A DNA stretch of 64,000 nt. Source: Isurus oxyrinchus. Lineage: Eukaryota. The notes below the pieces were generated by a model, which saw only the letters and a program-made list of their open reading frames with translations, was not told where the DNA came from and ran no database searches. The stretch spans positions 9,610,001-9,674,000 of the forward strand of contig JANJGN010000035.1 in the NCBI GenBank assembly GCA_026770705.1. Reading direction: 5' to 3'. Positions 52,665 to 64,000 of the stretch are shown here, piece by piece (the first letter of the stretch is position 1; every line of letters begins with the position of its first letter). Position numbers and translations under genes: made by a program.

Positions 52665-53330
52665 ATAACATCATGGTTATGTTACTGCACTACAAATCCA
52701 GAGGTCTGGAATAAGGTTTCCACATAATCGGATACAACATACCAAAGCAACTGGAAAACCAAACATGGATTCAATTCAGGAATCAGAGACATCGAAAACA
52801 ATCCAGTCTTAAAAACGATGGTCTTGAATCTACCAGAATGTTGAGAGGAAAAAAATGGGCATGAATGTCATTCAAGGATGGATGTCTATCTGAGCCGCTG
52901 GTCAGGACAACGCTTGATTCCAAATCCACAGCAATGTGATTGACTCTAAACTGCTGTCTGAAAAATTCCAGCAAAAATTTAGCAAAAAAATGTAGGACGG
53001 AGATAGTGGTGTAATGGCAATGTCAGTCTACTAGTAATGAATATACCAACGTTAATCAGACCCCAGCCCATCTGCGGCACCATGGCAGCTGCTGCAGTTT
53101 TAATTCAATTGCCTAGTACATTGAATTGCAGCTACTGCAGCAGTCAATTCATTGATAGTCACCATTAAACAATCATCGATTGTTGTAGAGAAAAAAAATA
53201 TTTTACTCGCATTTAGGAAGCAGATTTGTCATTCTTAGATGGCCCAGCCTACAGCTGATCCCAGTCTCAGAGCAATGTGATTGACCTCTGAGGATATAAT
53301 TGCTGGCCTTGCCAGTGATGCCTACATCAT
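52665..53330 (+). mobile_element. Two tandem tRNA-derived SINEs sharing the family A 3' tail
   Basis: ggtgtaatggcaatgtc..ctagtaat head; both copies contain agcaatgtgattgac; tail gctggccttgccagtgatgcctacatc. Confidence 0.7.
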
Positions 53331-54579
53331 CCAGTCGACCCTGGAATTACCTTCTCGCCAACACCTGATAACTTACTTGCTAAAAAGAGATCAGAATACC
53401 GCAGAAATATGCCAATGAAACACAAGCTGACAGGATCATCTTAATGCAGCCATGTCAATGAGGAAGACTTTTTTCTATAAGCCTCTTTCTGCGCCGCTGA
53501 AATGACAGGAAAACTAAATTTGTTTGCAAAGTGATACATAAGATGGAAGGGATCAGAAGTGGAATTCCAAAAAAATGTCTCTGGATGCTATGGAGTCCCT
53601 TGCTAACGGGAGAAATACACACAAATAAACAAAAGCACCAAAGTATAGTTACAGCACAGAAGGACGACATAGCACTTGTTGCATCTGTGCCGTCTATCTG
53701 CAAGAGCAATAGTCTTTGTTCATTATCAAGTAAGACAATTATTCAACTGGCTAATCAGTGCTCCTCCATCTTGACCATCACTTCTAAGACGCACTCGGCG
53801 CAATTAGAACATGGACTGTGCTATGTTTGGTGGGGCTTCAGTGGCCGTCACCAAAGGAAGTCCAATACTATGACTGCTGGCCGATCTGGCTCAGCAGGAA
53901 GGACAAATCATCAAGACTGGATTTGGGACATGTGGTGGAAGTATAAACACGAGTGATAACTTACTCGAATCGTTTTCATCAACAAATCTATCCCAGATAG
54001 ATATTTGCATAAATGTAGTTGTCATGGTGGTCAACCTCCCAATTCCTGTACAAAGAAATACACTTCTACACACTGATATCATCCGGCATTATGTTGTATT
54101 GCAGTGCCAGTATGCCAAATATGACGTTGGAAACGGATCTGTCATCTCAATACTCGCAATTGCGGGCCAACGACAGAGTTATACGTGCATTGATTGACCA
54201 TCAGGACACCCATTCAACTCTTTAACATCAATGCAGGCAACCGAGCCTGGTGCCTCTAGATGTGTAGCAATGCACACCATTCATATGAACAACGATAACA
54301 TATCATAACATCCCAGCCTGTTGCAGCTACAGCACAGCATTACATGTACACTACTGAAAAACCATTCCATAGGAAGTGCTGAACAAAGCCACTGTGAAGA
54401 CAGATGAATGCTTTGTACTCCAGTCAAATACAGTCGGAAATGATAATGGACATTCAAGCAAATAACCGGATAATGAAATTGAACTAACATTCCCACTCTC
54501 AATTTCTGGTATCTAAAAATATCAGTGCCAATTGCCACATGGAAATATTGCAAGCCTCATCAGCCAGAAGTATCGAGTG

Positions 54580-55665
54580 AATGATCCACCGTCGTTCTCG
54601 AGCCTTGCATTGTTCCACTAAATAGATTCATTTTACGTGGGACTGAGACACCAGTTAAACATTGGATGCGGGAAAGGATACTAACGCTGACATCATCAAC
54701 ACGTTAGCTCTTTAGAGTTGAGCTCATCAAACAACCACAAGCCTAACTGCACTGATCATTGTACACTGTATATCAAGCAAACTCAAGTCCTAAGGCAGTT
54801 ACTTTTGGCTTGAAAACTGTCCAGTCTAGCTCAGATTACCATCGAAGGGGAATATATGACAAAAAAAAATGAGAAGCATTTAAACTATGCAGTAGCAATG
54901 CTAGTGGTATTCGTCACTAACAGGAGGCTGTTGTCAAGACAACGATCGTTCTGCTTATCTCACAGGTGAGTAATGTGGTATTTGAATTTCATTGTTATTA
55001 TGATGCTAGATATGTAGGTCTTTCGTCCCGAAGACTCGTGGATGATATCAAACAGCATGCCCCTCCGGTTGTTCGCAATTAGGAAAGCAACAGACTTTAT
55101 CCACCCAATCTGCGATTGCAAAACTTGAAACACAGCGTTGCACAGTCGATGTAATTCCCTCATTGAACATTGATTAATGTATCTTCAATGTGCTAAAAAA
55201 TTAACGCTGACAACCAAATTAAGAATAGCAATGGGAATCGCAGTATGGCATATTTGCAAGTGCTGGGAGCTAAATACATAAATACACGAAACCCTGCTCT
55301 CTGAAGACAAAAATAACAGATAGCCACATTGCACCTGTTTCAGTTAAACGAAATAAATGATAGCCATTCGTTGGTTCATTCCTCAAGGTAATGCATTGAC
55401 CAATCAGAGTCAATGTGCCTGGTTTAAAGTTCCAACCATTCTTGGCAGTTATCTGTCAGTCATCATTAACTGAAGCATTATCCATGGGAAAGCACCTACC
55501 AATAAGAGTGTGCTTGCCAACCAATCAGCAGTCTCTTCTCATATAGTATAAAATTGTTGTTTCCCCTGACAATGGCATTCGTCGATTTTCCTCATGAATG
55601 CAATGTGGAAATCGTCGACAAGAAGCCTTTTTGAGCAATACTCTGTTTGGTACCACCAGATGATT
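54580..55665 (+). mobile_element. Penelope-like element (Poseidon-type), thumb, GIY-YIG and pLTR
   Basis: PKAVTFG..CPV.LRLP; SNVVFEFHCYYDARYVGLSSRRLVDDIKQHAP; LQVLGAKYINTRNPAL*RQK. Confidence 0.8.
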
Positions 55666-56637
55666 ATTCTCATTTTTTGTCAATCTTGAGAGAGGGAAAA
55701 GCTCCAAAGCACAAATGAGGCCTGCTGACCTCGGTCATGTTTTCCAGCCTTCATGTGAACAGTTTTGAAAGTATGAAATCGGTTTGAAGATCAGGACATG
55801 ACTAGGTTTGAACCTCATATATCGAATAAGTTTATGCCCGCATAAATGCAGTTTTGGATCACATTCAGGTTTGGCCAAATCGGTGACAAGCAAATATACA
55901 TGTAAACATAGAAGCATAGAAATTAGGGGCAGGAGTAGGCCATTCACCAATAGAAGTGCCAGTAAATGATTATCTGATGATGGGAACAAGCTCTTCTTGA
56001 AGTTAAATTGCATTACCATTGTTGAACCCTCCACTATAAATACACTGGTCATTACCATGTACCATAACTTTAACTGAATCACGTCTATAAATAATTTTGC
56101 TAAATAAGAGACCTTGGGCAGGGAATCTTGTGCCGAAAAACTCACACACCACTCTTACAACAGCCTGTCCAGCATCTAGAAGGCACAATGTTAACTAATA
56201 AGACGCTGCAGTTTCGTGGATGAAAAAGGCAACTACAATCCAAAAGCTAAAACCCATGCAAGAAAAAGCATGTGGCTTGATTGCACCTAATCCACTAACA
56301 TAAGTATTTACATCCTCCACCACTGGCACATAGCTGATGCAATGTATAAACTCTACAAGGTACGTTGCAGTGTCTCGCCAGTGCGCCTTTTTTCCAATTA
56401 TGAACTTTATATCAAGTAAAACCGCAGGAGACCTGAAACATTGGAACCCAAATATTTGCCATTTCGATGCAAAGCAACTCTGAATCCTGGATGTGCTCCT
56501 TCACTGCAACCATTTAAAAACCGTTAAACGCTTTTCCAACAGCACTGTGGCTGTACTTGCTACCACGTGTGTCAGTGTGGTTCAACCATGCTTCTCACCA
56601 CGATCTTGTATTGAATCAATAGGGAGCAGTTTTAATA

Positions 56638-57960
56638 CCCCGCTTCCTGTAAGGACTCCATCCCATTCTCCCAGTTCCTTCGCCTTCGTCGCATCTGTTC
56701 CGATGATGCTACCTTCAAAAACGGGTCCTCTGACATGTCCTCCTTCTTCCTTAACCGAGGTTTTCCACCCACGGTCATTGACAGGGCCCTCAACCGTGTC
56801 CGGCCCATCTCCCGTGCATCCGCCCTCATGCCTTCTCCTCTCTCCCAGAAACATGATAGGGTCCCCCTTGTCCTCACTTATCACCCCAATAGCCACCGCA
56901 TTCAAAGGATCATCCTCCATTTCCGACAACTCCAGCATGATGCCACCACCAAACACATCTTCCCTTCACCCCCCTTATCGGCATTCCGTAGGGATCGCTC
57001 CCTCCGGGACACCCTGGTCCACTCCTCCATCACCCCCTACTCCTCAACCCCTCCTATGGCACCACCCCATGCCCACGCAAAAGATGTAACACCTGCCCCT
57101 TCACTTCCTCTCTCCTCACCGTCCACGGGCCCAAACACTCCTTTCAAGTGAAGCAGCATTTCACTTGCATTTCCCCCAACTTAGTCTACTGCATTCGTTG
57201 CTCCCAATGTTGTCTCCTCTACATTGGAGAGACCAAACGTAAACTGGGCGACCACTTTGCAGAACACCTGCGGTCTGTCCGCAAGAATGACCCAAACCTC
57301 CCTGTCGCTTGCCATTTTAACACTCCACCCTGCTCTCTTGCCCACATGTCTGTCCTTGGCTTGCTGCATTGTTCCAGTGAAGCCCAACGCAAACTGGAGG
57401 AACAGCACCTCATCTTCGGACTAGGCACTTTTCAGCCTTCCAGACTGAATATTGAATTCAACAACTTTAGGTCGTGAGCTCCCTCCCCCATCCCCACCCC
57501 CTTTCTGTTTCCCCCTTCCTTTTTTTTCCAATAAATTATAAAGATTTTCCTTTACCCATCTATTTCCATTATAAAAAAAAACAAAAAAACACCCCCACTA
57601 TATCTATACCTTGAGTGCCCTACCATCCACTCTTAATTAGCACATTCGTTTAGATAATAACACCAACTTTAACTTTAACACCTATGTGTTCTATTGTACC
57701 ATTGTCGTTGACATCTCTTGATGATCTGCTTCTATCACTGCTTGTTTGTCCACACAACCACACACCCCACCTCTCTCTCTCTCTCTCTCTCTATCCCTCC
57801 GCCCCCCCACACACACACCTTAAACCAGCTTATATTTCAACTTTTTCTTGGACTCGAACTCAAGTTCTGTCAAAGGGTCATGAGGACTCGAAACGTCAAC
57901 TCTTTTCTTCTCCGCCGATGCTGCCAGACCTGCTGAGTTTTTCCAGGTAATTCTGTTTTA
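56638..57960 (+). mobile_element. Young 5'-truncated Penelope-like element (Neptune-type)
   Basis: PASCKDSIPFSQFLRLRRICSDD..RVPLVLTYHP..CPRKRCNTCP..GIY-YIG; pLTR tail; possible TSD agttttaat at 56628 and 57960. Confidence 0.93.
57055..57477 (+). CDS. GIY-YIG endonuclease domain of the Penelope element (open; separated from the upstream frame by one frameshift)
   Basis: FTCISPNLVYCIRCSQCCLLYIGETKRKLGDHFAEHLRSV..PVACHFN..RKLEEQHLIFGLGTFQPSRLNIEF*. Confidence 0.9.
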   Translation, partial: YGTTPCPRKRCNTCPFTSSLLTVHGPKHSFQVKQHFTCISPNLVYCIRCSQCCLLYIGETKRKLGDHFAEHLRSVRKNDPNLPVACHFNTPPCSLAHMSVLGLLHCSSEAQRKLEEQHLIFGLGTFQPSRLNIEFNNFRS

Positions 57961-58129
57961 GTTTTAATTCTGTCTTGCCAGTAAGTCTTATAACATTTGA
58001 GGAAGTATATTAAAAAAAATCAATGTGCACGTTTATTTTTGCAGTTCACAATAGTATTATGAATTATGAATAGAATGTTCGTCTAATTATTGAGAACAGT
58101 ATTCTCTATAATAGTTTTCCTTTTTTCAG

Positions 58130-58217
58130 TTTTACGTGCGATCAGTTCTCTGCTGAAGGATAGAAAGTTTTGAATTCAGAGAATGATTGAGTGCATTTGA
58201 CTGTAATTGTGCAATAA
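58130..58217 (+). pseudogene. Terminal NLR exon with overlapping AATAAA
   Basis: ttttttcag|FTCDQFSAEG*KVLNSEND*VHLTVIVQ* resembles L..NQFS.DG...L.SL......L.V.V*. Confidence 0.7.
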
Positions 58218-58389
58218 ATGCCTATTTATGATAAGCTTTTCATATATTTTGACTACGTATTTTCTATGATGGTCTCCATAATTATGCCTATTTATAAAAA
58301 ATTCTTCGGGATGTGCTGTTGAGAGAAAAAATACATGCGCAATGAGGGTAAAATATTGCATTTCAGTCTTTTCACTTTGCCTCTTTCCC

Positions 58390-59410
58390 CTCTGCAGGGC
58401 TCAAACACTCCTGCCGTGTTCCTCAGAAACGTACTTGTAATTATTTACTTTCATTGGAGATTTAGTATTCATGGCATTCGTGACCATATTGGCAAATGCA
58501 TGCTTGACGATCTGAGCACCACAGTTTGGACCATATCGGCTCTTGGTGCGTAGTCTAGCCTCAGGAGACATATATCAGTGTTAACTCTAGAGGTCTTCCT
58601 CCCAGGGCATCAGGGCTGCTGAATAGATCCGGCACCTGTAGGTTTCGCAAAACGCAGGATTTGTGGCTGATTCGTGTACCTGGTGTATACCAGCACGATC
58701 TGTCGATATTAAGCAAGGATCAGCAGGCTCTTCAGCGAGTTGAAGCTTCCTGTTAATCAAAGTGCTATGCCGTCCAACAGAAGCCTTCATGTCGACGTGC
58801 ACAACGTCAAAGCTTCCATGTGCTTTGAATTCCCCTGGCTATTTCGATTTTAATTTAGTGGCCCAGTTAAAAATATATACTTCCCTGATATTCTAAACAT
58901 AGGCACCGAGAAGACCTTGATACAGTGGTGTGTAGAGGGCTGCAGTATGCAACTGAGGTCTCAATCTGCTGTCTGAAAGGGACCAGCCACTAAGACGTTG
59001 AGCGTGATATAGCATTTCAGAGCTCCAGGTTGCGGGTACGTCCCACAGAAACTCGACGCCCCACCCCACCCCTCCCCACTTCCAAACTTATGCAGCTGGA
59101 GAACATTTCCCCTGTGAACAATTCACAGAACGATTTCACAGAATGGTGGCACCTCAAAAATTAAGCCTTCTCTCGCATTAAATTTGAAAAGTTCGCAGGC
59201 CGTTCAATCTCTCTGGGGACTGGGTAAGAACTTCTGCTCCTCGGTTGAGGAGGTCTAACGCCTCATTGCCCTGAGGGGCTGGCGCAGCTCAAGCCCCTTC
59301 AAGGAGAAGCAGACCATCGTGGACCTCCTGCTCTCGGTTTCTTCTTCTCAATATCCTCCTCCTCCTCAATGGAGGTTTTGTCTCCCACCGTGAAAACAAT
59401 GCTCATCTCC
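58390..59410 (-). mobile_element. PIF/Harbinger transposase remnant
   Basis: ALKCYITLNVLVAGPFQTAD*DLSCILQPSTHHCIKVFS; HGSFDVVHVDMKAS..LINRK/FNSL. Confidence 0.8.
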
Positions 59411-62269
59411 CTCAACTATGTTAAAGCCCTAGGCAATTTCTCAGAAGAAATTATAGCAAGCGCCAGAGCAGTCTTCATGCGAGCTCAGGCCTCTGTAACA
59501 CATATGATTTTAAAATGGACAGTGCTCTTTCAAATAAGTGCTCCCAGCAGTTGCAAGTCTACAAACTTCTAGGTTGAGACTGGGTGAACTGGAATAGCTA
59601 TTAGAACCGCCCCAACATTCTTCCCCATCACAAAAGTAAACAATTGGCCTGAAACTGACTCAAACATACTATAGCGTTCAGAGCGTACTATGGCAGTGAG
59701 TTGGGTCGTTAAGGACAACACATGAAAGGTTATTTGAGATTTCCATGATGTGGTAGAGATTACAACTTTTAAATCCGCTGACCTGCCGTATTGTACCAAA
59801 GTGGTATGTTGGCATCAGAAGGCCGCCAGAGGTTATCACGCCCAATCATGCATCTGCGGATGCGAGGAACACCCCTGATTTGCAAACGTATTATTCTGCT
59901 CGTTACATCTGTTTCATTGCCACAGGTACTACCAGACCTATTTTGTATGCGAGTGTTTCCTGTTATATTTTATCTCCAAAATATTTTGTTTGACCCATTT
60001 TCCCTTTTTTTTTCCTGAAGCCATTCAATGTACTCATACAAATGCTACTGTCTTGGTTCTGAATTTAAATAATCAGCCTCCATCTGTCGTTTCATCAATG
60101 GCCTCTTATTTACCCCTTAGGTTTTTATTGGTGTCTCCATTTCTGCTATTTTCCTCATTATAACCAATGTTCCACAGGCTATCAATTTTCTTGCCTCTCC
60201 TGTTTCTGTTTGCTTTGCTAACAGTGACTCACTTCTACTCTCATGTCTGTGAGGGAATTTGTAATCGTGAGCTATTACACCAAAAGTCCTTACCTGGTAT
60301 GTTTACAGCCTGGCACGTGGGACTTCATGATTGAACGGTCACTTTTTTATTGTTTCAAATTTCCATTAACAATAACACGCTACGTTTTTTTTCAATATTC
60401 GTTCCAACTTTGTAGACCTATAGCACCAGGCAAAAGCATTTGCGTAACATTAGAAAAGTGCACAAAAATCTGACTCAGTCCCTTCTTTAATTTCTAAACT
60501 GTTTTGTGCACAACTTTGACACCAACTCTTAGGAATTAAGGTCAGGAGATTTTCCTCGTTGATAGCCAGTTCACTCTTCAGCTGCAAGATTCAAATTCAC
60601 CGCTAATGCCTTCCCCCTGCACACAGATTGAAATAAATCTGTCTAACTTGCTATTGGCTATCGCAGATTTGTAGCATTTTTCTTAAGTGACACAACGTCC
60701 ATGGAAACTCATTCGTGGCAGTGTTTAGTCAAGAAGTAACTAATAATTGAGGAGATCAAAAGCTAGAATCACCATCAGGTTTTACTGCCTCACACTGTTT
60801 GGTAATCTAAGCTTACTTCTGACCAGTTCAAATGGTATTGATTCTGTGTATGGACAGAATAATGCCATCCCGAATATGGTGCGAATGGAGATGTATTGTC
60901 GGGCATTGTGAGGTAGGCCTGCGTTTTCGATGTGATGATGGTAGTTTCGCATAATAGGACAGACAGATGGGCTTAAAAATCGAACTCCGCCCACGTTATT
61001 TAACGGTCAATTTGTAGTGTATTTAAGGTCATTAACGAATGGCATAACAGTAACCATCTCCACTGGCTACTTTGTAACAATGAGAAATGACCAGGAAAAA
61101 AATATAGCACCCAGCAGATAATTTTGCAGCGGGAAATCACCTCAAAATCAAAGCATTTTAAAATGGATAGCCTGCTTATTCAAATAAGCGCTCCCAGCAG
61201 ATTTCTTAACCGCTAAACTGAGGTTATTGCTAAGTAGCTTTTTACGTCGGCCTAACAAACCGCCCCTTACTAAATGGGAACCACACGTGGCGTGAATCTG
61301 ACACTGAAAGCATTATGGCATTTACACCGTATTATGGCAACCAATTGGGTTGTTCTCGGCTTTAAAAATACTATTAATTGACACTTACATTACGCGTGTG
61401 GAGTTCTGAATTACAAGCCCATCTGCCTGCTGAGTGTTGCAAAATTGATGTGTTGTCCTCAGGAAAGACACTCGATGACTTCACACACAGTATTACGTCT
61501 CCCCATTTTGGCAGTGCATTATCCACCCCCACCACCACCCCACCCCCCCCCCCCACACCCCCCCCCCCACCCCCCGCCCCCCATTCTCACTTCAATTCCT
61601 TAACGCTGTCTGCTCCATTTTTTAAAAAAAATCTCACTCATATTGTCTTAGACTGTTCTTTCCCTGATGCCACGCTGTGCAGATGTTAGTTAAAGTCACT
61701 CAACACTACATCTAAATCTGTTTTCAAAGTTTCTCAAAAACCACACCTATTTGCACACTCTGTAAATCTTACACACATGGCCCCAGTCGTAAAAGTTTAA
61801 TCCATTCCCTCAATTGCTAAATCTCAGGCGCAATTGGCCTCGTTCTGCTGCTTTGCACTGCTTGTTCCATGACGAAGCAAATTTGTACATCAAATTTAAA
61901 AATGCAGTTATTGAATAATTGCTATTTTTTCTCTAATTTAGGAGTTATTGTTGAGGGACACATGATGGCCAAGAAAGAAAAAGGCTGAGCCCTATGGCTC
62001 TTCTTTGAAATAATACCTTGAAGTATTGCACATCAACCTTAGATGAAAACCAGGCCATCTACAAAGTCCAAATGTCTAATCAATTCAAATTTGCGGGAAA
62101 ATTTAAATAAATGTGAAAAAAAGAAATAAAAACAATGCTGTGTGGCATTCTGGAACAAGATTTTCCATTTGGTTAGGGTGTTTAGACGGCGAAAACATGA
62201 ACATAAGATTATAACACTGTAAATAAGAGACAGAGCAGAAAATTACCTTCTACATTAAGTAGATATTAT

Positions 62270-64000
62270 CGTGAAACATAGAAAATACTAGCAGGAGTGG
62301 GTCTTTCGGCCATTCCAGCCTGCTCCGGATTTCAATATGATTATGGTACATCCTCCATGTCAACGTCACCCTACTGCGCTCTCCCTGATGCCTTTAGAAT
62401 TCAGAAATCAATTTATTTATTTTTAAAATATTTTGAGTGCACTGGCCTCCACAGCATATGTAGTAGAATATTCCATAGATCCACCTTCCACTGAATGTAC
62501 AGTTTGCTCCTCATCTCAGTCCTAAGTGATCTACCCTATATGCTGAGATTATTTCCCATTGCCCTAGGCACCCTTCCCAGTCAATGGAAACTTCATCCCC
62601 GCATCCAGTCTTCCAGCTATGTTAGAAATGTATACATTTCAAAGAGATGCCTTCCCATTATTCTGAACTCCATTGAATAGATGCTTAGACTGGCCAATCT
62701 TTCTTCATAGGACGAACCTGGCATCCCAGGAATCATTCTGGTGAACCGTCAATGCACTCTATCTATGGCCAGTAAACCAAAACTGTAGACAATACTCCTG
62801 GTGTGCTCTCACCAAGACCATACACAGCTTCAGTAAGGCCTTATTTTCTCCTGTATTCAAGTTTTCTTGCAATGAAGGCCAACATGCCATTTGCCTTGCT
62901 GCAGCTGCATGCTCACATTCAGTGATTTATGTACAAGGATACACAGTTCCCGTTGTAGACCAGCATTTCTCATTCTATCAGCATTTAAAAATAGTATGCC
63001 CTTATTATTTATCCCTCTACAAAAGTGCATAACTTCATACGAATCCACGTTATAGTGCATCTTCATATAATTGCCCAAACATTCAACCGGCCTAAAACAG
63101 CTTGAGGCCTCATTACACTCGTTCACACACGCACAAATATTCGGGCCTTCAGCAAACTTAGAAATATTACATTTCATTCCCTCATCCAAATCATTGATAT
63201 ATCTTGTGAACATCTGGGGCCTAAGAACTGATCCTTGTGGTACACCACGAGTCACCGCCTGACAGTCTGAAGAAGAGACATTTATTCTGATTTTCTGTTT
63301 CCCGTCGGCTAACCAATTCTCGATCCATGTCAATATACTACTCTTAATCCCATGTCCTATAATTTTACATATTAACCACTTTGTGGCACGTTATCAAGAA
63401 TTTTCTGAAAAACGGAACACTCCACCACCAAGGGTCCTTTCGTAACTATTCTGTAGTTAAGGAGCAACTGCTCGTTGCATCCCCAAAAACCTCCAGTATA
63501 TTTGTTAATCATGATTTCCCTTGAGTAAATCTATGTTGATATGTCTAGTTCCATTGATATTTTGTACTTGTACATTTATCAACGCCTTCCTAATAGACTC
63601 TGGCATTTTCCCTATGATTGATGTTAGGCTAAACGACATTAAATTCCCTGTTTCCTCTCTCCCTCCTTCCTATAATTTTGTTATCATTTGCAACTCTTCC
63701 AGAATCTACAGCATTTTGGAATAGGACAACTAACCAGCATTTCCATGGCAACCACCCTTTGTACCCACGATGTGATTTGTCAAGCCCTCAGCGTTTATTG
63801 GCTTCCCATCCAATTAAGTACTCCAGTACTATTGTTTTAATGATATTAATTTCTATCAATTCATCTTTCTGTCTAGACCCTTGGTTCCCTAGTATTTCTG
63901 GGGAGTTACTTGTCTCTTGCTCTGGCAAGCCATAACAAATGTTGTTGTTTAATTGTTCTAGCATTTCCTTCTTCTCTATTATAAATTCTCCCACTTCAAA
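62270..64000 (-). mobile_element. CR1 LINE, RT to 3' tail, continuing past the window end
   Basis: 62857-63333 TWIENWLADGKQKIRIN..GVPQGSVLRPQMFTRYINDLDEG; tail gcaggagtgggtc..ggccattccagcc. Confidence 0.92.

Larger units (their letters stand above)
53440..58020 (+). mobile_element. Old LINE family A copy interrupted by two Penelope insertions
   Basis: Endonuclease-like segment 53700-54200, RT end 55900-56620, and tail tgtcttgccagt resuming at 57970. Confidence 0.6.
20680..58217 (+). pseudogene. Decayed NLR locus: multiple CARD and FIIND-like exons followed by linker, NACHT, LRR and terminal exons
   Basis: Collinear + strand exon remnants with compatible phases; the NACHT exon carries many stops and frameshifts. 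Confidence 0.7.

Noticed and set aside
56493-57089. Longest ORF in the track (198 aa, Pro/Ser-rich) and its antisense ORFs
   Set aside because: Alternative frames of the C-rich Penelope coding sequence, not independent genes
61520-61585. C-rich runs (also 5960-6050 and 37460-37490) with G-quadruplex potential
   Set aside because: Low-complexity tracts that are common in this genome type; no supporting context

Overview
Repeat-rich vertebrate genomic DNA, most likely a shark or other elasmobranch (inferred from the CR1/L2 LINE, SINE and Penelope families and the NLR exon style). I found no intact host gene, tRNA/rRNA gene or CRISPR array. The main non-repeat content is a decayed innate-immune locus scattered between transposons. 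On the + strand (~20.7-58.2 kb), exon remnants read CARD - FIIND - FIIND(partial) - CARD - CARD - FIIND - CARD - linker - NACHT - LRRs - terminal exon. On the - strand (~14.25 to 5.15 kb) is a weaker, divergently oriented CARD - linker - NACHT-start NLR remnant, with an ISRE/GAS/kB-motif-rich, CpG-rich segment between the two. Transposons include a Gmr1-like Gypsy LTR element (gag-PR-INT, no RT/RNase H) with a nested CR1, many CR1 and CR1/L2-clade LINE fragments, two Penelope lineages (one young copy and an inverted pair with a 17-bp target-site duplication (TSD)), tRNA-type SINEs, an L1 ORF1 remnant and two Harbinger transposase remnants. All domain calls come from manual translation across stops and frameshifts against family motifs recalled from memory; no database search was run, and boundaries are approximate.
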